Program-made: the position numbers and the translations under genes
Virus record (IMG/VR): IMGVR_UViG_3300013117_000027
DNA length: 64,000 bases
Strand: one strand, 5' to 3'
Origin: a virus
Notes under the pieces: generated by a model
Told to the model about the DNA's origin: nothing
Databases searched by the model: none
The model's input: the letters and a program-made list of their open reading frames with translations, nothing else
Shown: positions 55,396-64,000 of the stretch, in pieces
Position numbering within the stretch: the first letter of the stretch is position 1
Layout: each line of letters starts with the position of its first letter

Positions 55396-56655
55396 ATGGC
55401 ATATCCACAAGGTAACGCATCTCAAAATATGGACTTAGGGATTTACTCGTCTGACTTTAGTCCTGATATAACCGTAGCTGGTATAGTAGATAATCATACA
55501 ACTGTAAATAAGTTAGGATTACGTAATTCATTAGGTAACCAAATTTCGTTGCTACAAAATTTTGTATGTGAGCAATATTTAGGACGTCTATCTAGTCCTG
55601 TTGGTAGTGGATATATAAACTATCTAAGAGGTGGTCAGTATAGTAATATACATTACGGTATAGATCCAACAGGTACAGGTTCTTATACTTATGCTGAACC
55701 TGGTATCCTAATGACGAAGTATGTATACGATACTTCTACAAGTGGGGTAACTATAAGTGAGAGTGATATTAACTCTTATAGAACAATAGGAACAAGAACT
55801 TATCAAAGTAAAGCAAATGGTAGTTGGATCCAATTAAACGACTACGCAACAGATGGTACATGGTCACAATGGGGCTCTGGACTTTTAAAAATGGTTGCAG
55901 GATATGGTAACGATAGTTCTAACTTTTCTAGTTTTATAATGAAATCTACAGGAGATATCATCTTAGATACTGGTCCAGATCCTTACACATCAGAGGTAAT
56001 AATAAGTGGTAATCTTTCCCTCCCTACAGTTAATGCTACAATGACTATACATAATGACTTCGGTAATAATCAATTATTTATGGACGGAGCCACATTCGCA
56101 CTTAATAACTATTCTACAGGCAATAATACACAACTATTTCCTAGTTCAATACAGATGACACAAAATGCATCTATATACGGATTTAATAATTTTGCTTTGA
56201 ACGGTAACGGTCCTATTATACTTAACTCAGAACGAGGATCTTTCAATGAATCTTATCTTACTATGAGTGGTGAGAATATATATATTCAAGCTGATAGAAT
56301 GTTCTTAGAAGGTGAAGTATATATAAGTGGTACATTGTATAGTGATGGGGATAACAATATAATGCTTAGACAAAATCCTTTGATATCTTTATCACAACAA
56401 GCTTATACGTCTGTAGCAGCAGGAAATATTCTTGTAGGTTCAGGTACTACAAGCTACATGACTTTAAAATTTGAAGAAACAGAACCTGATACAATAGAGA
56501 TATACGGAAGAAATCACTTAAGATTAGGCGCACTACAAAACTTACTGTTAGGATACAATACTAATATAATCATAGAAGGTGGACTACCATCATCTGATCC
56601 ATCTGTATCAGGTGCGTTGTATGAGTCATCTGGTGTAGTAATGATCTCATTATAA
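55396..56655 (+). CDS. Putative tail fibre / receptor-binding protein
   Basis: SD AAGGAG; Ser/Gly/Asn-rich short beta-strand repeats; C-terminal LPSSDPSVSGALY motif of the kind seen at fibre ends. Confidence 0.5.
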   Translation: MAYPQGNASQNMDLGIYSSDFSPDITVAGIVDNHTTVNKLGLRNSLGNQISLLQNFVCEQYLGRLSSPVGSGYINYLRGGQYSNIHYGIDPTGTGSYTYAEPGILMTKYVYDTSTSGVTISESDINSYRTIGTRTYQSKANGSWIQLNDYATDGTWSQWGSGLLKMVAGYGNDSSNFSSFIMKSTGDIILDTGPDPYTSEVIISGNLSLPTVNATMTIHNDFGNNQLFMDGATFALNNYSTGNNTQLFPSSIQMTQNASIYGFNNFALNGNGPIILNSERGSFNESYLTMSGENIYIQADRMFLEGEVYISGTLYSDGDNNIMLRQNPLISLSQQAYTSVAAGNILVGSGTTSYMTLKFEETEPDTIEIYGRNHLRLGALQNLLLGYNTNIIIEGGLPSSDPSVSGALYESSGVVMISL

Positions 56656-56664
56656 GGAGTATAA

Positions 56665-58263
56665 ATGGCTAAGCCTGTAAAAAAGAATAGATGGACTAAC
56701 GTAGATGCGTTCGCATTACTTAACGGTATAAGTACTTGGGATAAGAATTATCTTAATCTTAAGTATGTTCGTATACCTGGTGAAAGTAATATAGAACTAA
56801 GACAAAAAATTTATAATAGTCATTCAAATCCAGCTGAAGATACGTCTTTACAAAGTCTTATTCGAGGTCTTTCTAACGAGTTAAATCTTACTACATATGA
56901 TATAGAATCAAAGACTACGTTTGATCTTATACGAACACCATTTCCATCAGGAGATGTTGGGATTCAAGATATATGGCTTTTCTACAAGCCACCTGGTAGT
57001 GGAGAATGGTACGAGATAGCTCCACAATTATGGGGATCTGGCTATTATACTGACTATGAAGCTAGCGAGACACAGTCTTCTGGATTTATAGTGTGGGAAG
57101 AATCTTACTATAAAGATTCGTTAGGAGTTACTACTAAGACTAGTACGTATAGTACTTTACTAAGTGTGCTTCCTAATCCTAATCTCGAAGTTCCTCTTGT
57201 TGATAAGAGTCTCATAAAGATTATATACAATGTAAGACTTTATGATAAAGATAATAATTCTTCTACTTATCTTTACACTGATATGCCCAACGAGTATGAT
57301 GTAGATGACGATAGACTCATATATAGAATACCTTATGTTGTTCAATCAGGCGATTACTATAATTCAGTTATAGCTTATCATCTAGATGAGGTACAAAGTT
57401 TTGCATCTGGTCTTTACTATACGTCTGGCGGTCTACCTACAGGGATGCTTTATAAGTTAAGAGACATCATAGATAATAACTTTCAACATAAATGGAAGAA
57501 TGTAAGAGATAAACAATCTATATGGGATGTACATAAAGATTACAGTAAAGGTACTATACAAAGTTTCTATGATATACCTACTGTTGTTTCTCCAGAGAAT
57601 TCAGGAGAAGCATTAGATGTAGAAGATCTTTTTACCGGCGGTATAGAGTATCAAGATCCAGTACTTAATATATCAGATATATATATATCAGAAGAAGACT
57701 CTGTAGAGAGATGGTATCCTATCATGTATCCTGGCAAGTTCTATATAGGTGGTCAACAATATTACCTAATGGAGAATCCACAGTTTTCTACTATTGAGTT
57801 ATTAGATAGTTACTCGGATATATATGGTACTTGTGGTTCAGGAGTTCTACCATCTGGTATAGAAAGATGGTATAAGATTATAACACACTTTAATAGTAAT
57901 CCTTCTGGTGAAAGTTTTGTGTTTGAAGACTACAATTATAAGATACCATATAGACAATATGATCCTAATGACGCATCAGGTCTATATAACTTTAACACTT
58001 TGATATACAGAAAAAGACCTTATATTACAGCTGCAATGGGATATCAATTAGATCTAGGTTCTGGTGAATATAATATCGACTTTGATCAATCACCTCCTGT
58101 TATACATGTTAGTGGGGTGCATAATACAGAGTTAAACATTGTATGGGATGAGGTTACCGTTCCTAGTGGACGTATATGTAGTAACGATTATGCTGATCTT
58201 AATCCTTTAAATGGAGACAATGTAGACTTTAGTAAGTATTTCTTTGTTATAGGAGATGAGTAA
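56665..58263 (+). CDS. Baseplate wedge-like structural protein
   Basis: N-terminal VDAFALLNG...RIPGESNIELRQKI resembles the P2 gpI-type wedge motif. Confidence 0.55.
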   Translation: MAKPVKKNRWTNVDAFALLNGISTWDKNYLNLKYVRIPGESNIELRQKIYNSHSNPAEDTSLQSLIRGLSNELNLTTYDIESKTTFDLIRTPFPSGDVGIQDIWLFYKPPGSGEWYEIAPQLWGSGYYTDYEASETQSSGFIVWEESYYKDSLGVTTKTSTYSTLLSVLPNPNLEVPLVDKSLIKIIYNVRLYDKDNNSSTYLYTDMPNEYDVDDDRLIYRIPYVVQSGDYYNSVIAYHLDEVQSFASGLYYTSGGLPTGMLYKLRDIIDNNFQHKWKNVRDKQSIWDVHKDYSKGTIQSFYDIPTVVSPENSGEALDVEDLFTGGIEYQDPVLNISDIYISEEDSVERWYPIMYPGKFYIGGQQYYLMENPQFSTIELLDSYSDIYGTCGSGVLPSGIERWYKIITHFNSNPSGESFVFEDYNYKIPYRQYDPNDASGLYNFNTLIYRKRPYITAAMGYQLDLGSGEYNIDFDQSPPVIHVSGVHNTELNIVWDEVTVPSGRICSNDYADLNPLNGDNVDFSKYFFVIGDE

Positions 58264-58760
58264 TGAGACGTAAAAGAAGACCAAATCTTATAATAACTAA
58301 TCGTAGTGTACTTCCATATAATATAGATGGTGATACTATGAAATTCAAGATTATATATCGCGATGATCAACAGCAAAGTTATGTTGCTGGTATTAGTGGA
58401 TACGTATATGGTAATATAGGAGTTAGTGGCGCTACTATTAATATGGGTCTATTTGTGACTGACAAGTTTGGTCAATGTGACTTCTTATATAATACCGACT
58501 TAATAGAAGATAGGAATATAAATACTGCTAAGTTTTGGGCTTCTGGAGTTCATGAAAATTGGGGACTAGATGTTAATTCTTGTATAGCAAGAGCAGACTA
58601 TATATACATAGATCAACTAAGCGGTATTATTATAACAGCTGGTACTTGTGGAGACTTTAATGATCTTGGAACAAGATATGACTTTGATGAATTTGATGGA
58701 TATAGAATAACAGAATCAGGATTAAATAATATTACTGTTATAGAAAGGCCTTGGATATAA
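58263..58760 (+). CDS. Small beta-rich (Ig-like?) structural protein
   Basis: 165 aa, TAATG-coupled at both ends; VTDKFGQCDF resembles an Ig-like beta-hairpin. Confidence 0.55.
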   Translation: MRRKRRPNLIITNRSVLPYNIDGDTMKFKIIYRDDQQQSYVAGISGYVYGNIGVSGATINMGLFVTDKFGQCDFLYNTDLIEDRNINTAKFWASGVHENWGLDVNSCIARADYIYIDQLSGIIITAGTCGDFNDLGTRYDFDEFDGYRITESGLNNITVIERPWI

Positions 58761-60844
58761 TGTCAGTAAACTTCCTTAAGAAGAAAGATGGATACGATAT
58801 AAGTATGTGTCCTATAGCTACAGTACGATTAGATGGATTTAGTCCTACAAAGATAACTAAACTCATAGATTACTCTAATGATGTCCACGAGAATAGTGAA
58901 AACTATGTACAGACACAAATAATATTAGCTGATAGAGATGGAGCAGAAGATACTACTCCTATCTCAGGATTTCCTCTTACATATTATGAGACAACATTCA
59001 GATATAAGTCTACATTCTTTGTAACAGATAAAGTTAACGATAACAATGATCCTTTATACTTTTCTTACGAGTTAAAGTTTGATGTAAACGGCGTTACAGA
59101 TACAGATATAATAGAAGTATTAAAGAATAATACTACACCTTTAAGACCTGATCAGTTTAAGCTACAGTTTGGACATGTATCTCTTACAGATAACTACTAT
59201 GGTACCAAGGATGCAGGATTAGATAGGTATGGAAGGGATATAGTATGGGGTCCTATAGATGGATCTAAGAATATACATAGGGTTAGAGTTTTACTGCCTA
59301 TAGATGTTGTTAATAGAAGTGATTTTTACACTGTTAGATACAATAAGAGCCTGTTTAACATCAGTTATCCTGCTCATTTTGAGTTAATAGAGTTAACAAC
59401 ACTGTATACAGAGACAATAGACTGGGATATACAGGAAGATAAGGTAGTCTTACCGACGACATCCTTTATATCTAACGTTAACACTAAGCAGCTCTACATA
59501 ACAAAAGATCCTAATGCACACATAGCCGTCGAAGGTGTTATAAGTATGAACGCTGAAGGATATCAAAGTGACGCTGAGTCATCGTGGAACGCACGCATAT
59601 CACACGGTTCATTTCTTACTAACCTCGATGAAAGATTTTATCAAGCTAAGTTTGTACCGATAGACGTCGATAACCCTCAAGAGAAATACCAGTTGATAAC
59701 GTACGTTAATCCAAAGCTTCTCGGTGGTAACATCGTTAGAATCGAAGATGCTCCTATTCATATTACCACAGTAGACGATTTAGGTTCGCCATCTGGATAT
59801 GTATATCCTTACTATGACGTGACTATCTTTCCTAAAGAGTCGTTTGATAATATTATACCTATTGGAACATTCGGTATAGACGTAGATGGTGTTGATGTTT
59901 CAAGAATAAAGATCTCATCTATAGACAGACAAAAGGGATACATACTGTTTAATAAGCAATTTAATCCACAAGAAGATGTAGATTTCTTCTTTTATACTGA
60001 TTGTTCTAGTAAGTCTTATATATATAATCTAGAACTTAATCCTAGAATTAGTGGAGAGTATGGTATATCACATATATGTGAGAATACTATAAAGAATATA
60101 GGTGTTGCAGTAAGAGAGTCCCCAGAAGTTGGTGTCGGAGATTCTTATACTAATAGACTAAGATATCATAGTCTTTATTTCTTTGATTATGAAGCTGTTG
60201 CTGATGACGGTCAGGTCACTTTCTACAGGGGTAACCAAATTCCGGGGCTAAGTACATATAGTGAGGTAGGATACTTAAGATGGAATCCTTTCGACGGAAA
60301 AGAAAGTTCTACGGGACAGTTTATACCTTTATCACATGTTTCTGTTAATAGAATGTTTCCAGATATACTTACAGTGAGAGATGCTAGGATCATAGCAGGC
60401 GGTTTCACATCACAAGAACAGAAAAGGCTTAATAACGAACAAAAGAATTCATACACAGATATAGGCTATTGGGATGGTGAACCATTACCTCACGCTGGAC
60501 TTATAGTTATTCACTTACCTAGCACTATATATCCTAATCTTATAACCAAGTGGAAAGAGTCAGGTCTATTTAATCCTGACATGTATACAGATATAACAAA
60601 AGAAGAGATAGAACAACTAGCTGCAGCTAGTGGAGAAGATTATGATGAATATTATAGTAAACTTCTAGAGGGTTACTCTGTTAATAACGAGAAAGTAAAA
60701 GATCCTTACGAGACTATGTTAACTTCATGGGCTAAGAAGGAAGCATCTCATTACTTAGATCAACTTATAAAGAAGTATATACCAGCAGGAACGCAGTATA
60801 TACTATTAGATGAGAACTTTAATCAAATAAAATTGGATTTATAA
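58760..60844 (+). CDS. Baseplate-associated structural protein
   Basis: Likely start is the ATG at 58760 (TAATG overlap) rather than TTG 58751; C-terminal LIKKYIPAGTQYILL resembles wedge protein C-termini. Confidence 0.6.
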   Translation: MSVNFLKKKDGYDISMCPIATVRLDGFSPTKITKLIDYSNDVHENSENYVQTQIILADRDGAEDTTPISGFPLTYYETTFRYKSTFFVTDKVNDNNDPLYFSYELKFDVNGVTDTDIIEVLKNNTTPLRPDQFKLQFGHVSLTDNYYGTKDAGLDRYGRDIVWGPIDGSKNIHRVRVLLPIDVVNRSDFYTVRYNKSLFNISYPAHFELIELTTLYTETIDWDIQEDKVVLPTTSFISNVNTKQLYITKDPNAHIAVEGVISMNAEGYQSDAESSWNARISHGSFLTNLDERFYQAKFVPIDVDNPQEKYQLITYVNPKLLGGNIVRIEDAPIHITTVDDLGSPSGYVYPYYDVTIFPKESFDNIIPIGTFGIDVDGVDVSRIKISSIDRQKGYILFNKQFNPQEDVDFFFYTDCSSKSYIYNLELNPRISGEYGISHICENTIKNIGVAVRESPEVGVGDSYTNRLRYHSLYFFDYEAVADDGQVTFYRGNQIPGLSTYSEVGYLRWNPFDGKESSTGQFIPLSHVSVNRMFPDILTVRDARIIAGGFTSQEQKRLNNEQKNSYTDIGYWDGEPLPHAGLIVIHLPSTIYPNLITKWKESGLFNPDMYTDITKEEIEQLAAASGEDYDEYYSKLLEGYSVNNEKVKDPYETMLTSWAKKEASHYLDQLIKKYIPAGTQYILLDENFNQIKLDL

Positions 60845-63048
60845 TGGTAAAGCAATACGATATAAAAAACAATATAAAGAGTATACAAAGTGTACTTGTT
60901 AGTGAGTCTATAAAAGAACGTTCTAATCTACAGTTACTCAAATCAGAGGAAGCTATAAGAAATGTTCTACAATCGTACTCAGATAAAATGAATGCAACAG
61001 GTGATAAACTTACAAAGTTATCTCAACATCTTGTTAATTCTAAAGATATAATATCTAAAGATAAGTTCAATGATCTGTTTAATAGTCTTTACATTGATAT
61101 CAAGACCTTGTATCAACACATAGACTATGTTGATGAAGTCTTATCCCTTAATCTTCATAGAAATAGAAAGTTCTTTAATGTTCTTAAGAAAAGGATGAGA
61201 GAGTTATGGAATAAGTTAGTTCTTACAAGACTTAATATTACAGATAGTTCTCAGTTTGACGAATCATACTTTGAAGCATTCTCTACTATTAATTCTAAAC
61301 ATAGATATGTAGGAGTTTTAATAGACAAGAAATCTGGCGTAATGACTCTAGAACCAAGAGAAAGTTTTATTCATAATAAGAAATACTTAATAAAAGATAT
61401 ACAGACCAAAACATATCCTGTTCATAACAAAGAAGGTGGAGTTATCCATACTACTAGTTATCTTAATAGTTTTGCATCGTCTTATAGAAGAGATGGACAG
61501 CGTGACATGTTAGAGAACGGATTATGGAAAGAACAGATACTTTGTAATGATATTCCTGATATCAAGTACGATATCAAAGATGATCTAACAGAGATAGACC
61601 AACTCTTTAAGTCTGTTAACGGTATTCTATCGTTTGTAGACATAGAGTTTACACAACCTATTCAATTTAACGACATAGAGATTGACTTATTCGGTGACTA
61701 CCCTATAACGTTAGTTTCTATAATGTGTAAGAGTGAAAGCGATGGTGTTTGGCAACCAGTAAAGAAGCTTGATAGTATTGAAGTTGATAATGGGTATCAG
61801 ACTTATGATAACTCAAAAGAAGAGACGGCTTTCGACGTACTTTCTATCAAGAATATTGAACGTACCAATGCTAGATTTATGAGACTAGTATTCAACCAGA
61901 ACAACTACGACATCCTTGATAGCAGTGAGTTTTCTATTAAAGATCTAGAGGATAAGATTAATAATGATCTCTCTGAAAGACGTTATGAGGTTGTTAAGTT
62001 AGATGGAGGATCTGATGATCGCCCAGCGATCCCAAAGAGTTATGATAATGACTCTCTATATTCACAGGTAACTGACGTAATAGAAGATACTAGAAGTTTA
62101 GAGGAGACTATAACTAAAATTATAAATATATTGGAACCGACACCTAAGCTTCAGTCTATCGACTTTAAAAAGACACTTAAGTATGAAGTTGGCGCTTGGT
62201 CTATAGAACCAAGGTACCAATCTTACTCAGGAACAGGTAAGTTTAACTCAGGAGATTATCCTATACGTGATAGGTCACTGATCTCCGTTAACTTACTTAC
62301 AAAGCAAGAAGATATAAAATATAATACTTGTAACTGGTTCGTTAGTAACCGAGGATATAATAAACATATACCTATTATAGAAAATGATAGGAGAGTTAGA
62401 AAAGAACCTGCTTATATTATAAATCCTGATTATTTTACAGATTATACTCAAGGTACATTTATTCACTTAGACTTACCTTCTTCTAATATAGACTTTGCTG
62501 ATAATACAAAGATATGGATAAATGGCGGAAGGGAGAACGGTGGAGAACCTTATCCTTTAACAGCTTTTACTTGGATAAGACTTAATTCTACTCTTATACA
62601 CATAGAAGATATACAGGATATTTATAAGAATGATTATGTTATACAATATGTGCCAGCGTCATTAGATGCAGTATATATGTATACTCTAGAGAAATTAGGA
62701 GAGGAAGAAGAAGGAGATCTTCTACCTTATGAGGTTGTAGCGTCTAGAAAATCTATGTTAAGGTACTTCCTTAGTTCGATAGATAAGACTAATGAGTACG
62801 TCATAAAGACGACGAGAGCTACTACGTTAGAGGCTGAGCTATGGTTTAGAACTAATAGACACACTTTATGTATCACGAAGGCTGTAGAAATGTTATACAG
62901 TGATAAGATACCTCCTGCTATGAGACCGACTTTAAATGTTATCACAGGTACTAGATCTAGTAAAGACCTCATAGTGTCTAGAGATATAGATAGTAATATG
63001 GACTTACCACCAATGATGCCTATAATCATCGAAAGGGACATTACATAA
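60844..63048 (+). CDS. Structural protein with N-terminal coiled coil and beta-sandwich regions
   Basis: 734 aa, TAATG-coupled, in the baseplate/fibre region. Confidence 0.6.
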   Translation: MVKQYDIKNNIKSIQSVLVSESIKERSNLQLLKSEEAIRNVLQSYSDKMNATGDKLTKLSQHLVNSKDIISKDKFNDLFNSLYIDIKTLYQHIDYVDEVLSLNLHRNRKFFNVLKKRMRELWNKLVLTRLNITDSSQFDESYFEAFSTINSKHRYVGVLIDKKSGVMTLEPRESFIHNKKYLIKDIQTKTYPVHNKEGGVIHTTSYLNSFASSYRRDGQRDMLENGLWKEQILCNDIPDIKYDIKDDLTEIDQLFKSVNGILSFVDIEFTQPIQFNDIEIDLFGDYPITLVSIMCKSESDGVWQPVKKLDSIEVDNGYQTYDNSKEETAFDVLSIKNIERTNARFMRLVFNQNNYDILDSSEFSIKDLEDKINNDLSERRYEVVKLDGGSDDRPAIPKSYDNDSLYSQVTDVIEDTRSLEETITKIINILEPTPKLQSIDFKKTLKYEVGAWSIEPRYQSYSGTGKFNSGDYPIRDRSLISVNLLTKQEDIKYNTCNWFVSNRGYNKHIPIIENDRRVRKEPAYIINPDYFTDYTQGTFIHLDLPSSNIDFADNTKIWINGGRENGGEPYPLTAFTWIRLNSTLIHIEDIQDIYKNDYVIQYVPASLDAVYMYTLEKLGEEEEGDLLPYEVVASRKSMLRYFLSSIDKTNEYVIKTTRATTLEAELWFRTNRHTLCITKAVEMLYSDKIPPAMRPTLNVITGTRSSKDLIVSRDIDSNMDLPPMMPIIIERDIT

Positions 63049-63770
63049 TGGATGAAAAACAGACTCTTTATCCTGAGAGTGCTTTACTAACATCGACATT
63101 TATACCTTATTACTTTGAGCCAAAGAAGGTATCAACAATAGATAGTACTCTTATTAAGGATGATAATTATACTATAGAACAAGATGTTAACGGACTATCA
63201 TCTATCATATCAGTAAGAGATATACCTTATATTGATATATCTAAATATGATCACCTAAGGAAGCGTTTTTTCTGGACAGATCAGTTTGATAATAGATGGA
63301 GAGTATTTCTCCCAGGAGACTGGATAGAACAAGAGCAATCATTTTGGCCAGAAGACTTCACATATAATGTTTATCAAAGTATAGAAGGATTACTTGATGG
63401 TGATCTATGGACTGTAACATCTTTAAAGTTAGAAGACTTTAATATACAACAGTTTAGACCTATATCTGTGAGAGTTAACGGAGTTGAACTAGAGGATGTA
63501 AGTAACTACGCAGGAGATAGAAATATTATACCTAAGTTAGACAATATAGATCCTTCTACTAATAAACAGTTTTACTACGATATGAAGAACACTATATATA
63601 CTAACCAAGATTTCGATCTTTTTGAAGATGATAATATAGAGATTACTTATTTTAAGAACATTGATAGTGTTCAGATCTATGGAAGACTGAATACTAATGT
63701 TACAAATCTCTCATCTTACACACCGGTGGTAGATTACTACATAATAAAACTGTCTAGCCAGAACCTTTAG
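63048..63770 (+). CDS. Hypothetical structural protein
   Basis: 240 aa, TAATG-coupled; ends YTPVVDYYIIKL. Confidence 0.6.
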   Translation: MDEKQTLYPESALLTSTFIPYYFEPKKVSTIDSTLIKDDNYTIEQDVNGLSSIISVRDIPYIDISKYDHLRKRFFWTDQFDNRWRVFLPGDWIEQEQSFWPEDFTYNVYQSIEGLLDGDLWTVTSLKLEDFNIQQFRPISVRVNGVELEDVSNYAGDRNIIPKLDNIDPSTNKQFYYDMKNTIYTNQDFDLFEDDNIEITYFKNIDSVQIYGRLNTNVTNLSSYTPVVDYYIIKLSSQNL

Positions 63771-63778
63771 GAGTTTAA

Positions 63779-64000
63779 ATGCATAAAATAGATATACAAC
63801 AGTTAAAACTTGATTGGGATGAATGTAGAAATTTAACACAGTTAGAAAAAATATATAGTTGTTCAAGAAAGACATTAGCTAGAAGACTTAACGGTATAGG
63901 TATAGACACAAATAAAAGACTATATCCTATTATAGAAGGTAAGAAAGAGTGTAGAGAATGTGGTAATACATTAACTATAGACAACTTTCATTCTATAAAA
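63779..64000 (+). CDS. 3'-truncated ORF, probable homing endonuclease (HTH plus zinc finger)
   Basis: AGGAG then ATG at 63779; MHKIDIQQLKLDWDECRNLTQLEKIYSCSRKTLARRLNGIGI...KKECRECGNTLTIDNFH is open to the window edge; the CxxCG...F pattern matches the N-terminus of the 40203 HNH gene. Confidence 0.6.
   Translation, partial: MHKIDIQQLKLDWDECRNLTQLEKIYSCSRKTLARRLNGIGIDTNKRLYPIIEGKKECRECGNTLTIDNFHSIK

Noticed and set aside
1666-63984. All minus-strand ORFs and the short alternative-frame plus ORFs (33830..34042, 53224..53448) in the track
   Set aside because: They lie within long, well-supported + strand genes, have low-complexity antisense composition (Ser/Leu/Ile/Phe-rich) and no motifs; treated as shadow ORFs.

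Overview
The window is a single, densely packed, + strand morphogenesis cluster of a large AT-rich contractile-tailed (myovirus-like) bacteriophage. Gene order: portal, prohead protease/scaffold, putative capsid decoration protein, major capsid protein, head/neck proteins, a 968-aa tail sheath, a tail tube plus two tube paralogs (one fused to a lytic transglycosylase), two putative tail chaperones, then three giant ORFs (3771, 2440 and 2467 aa), followed by baseplate and fibre genes. The most unusual part is 21369-39999, where a tape-measure gene would normally sit. The 3771-aa protein carries four LAGLIDADG inteins (three with a shared Cys4 insert) and a PD-(D/E)xK nuclease domain. The 2440-aa protein has motifs resembling both double-psi beta-barrels of a two-barrel RNA polymerase (beta-like HMGTKSIV...MN...GSMKE; beta'-like RFP...ADNDVD) fused to a DEDDh 3'-5' exonuclease, suggesting a virion-packaged transcription/nuclease payload. 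Predicted surface-exposed virion proteins are also strongly enriched in Ser-Gly dipeptides, a possible glycosylation signal. All calls come from motif reading and gene order only; no database search was run. No tRNA, rRNA or CRISPR array was seen.
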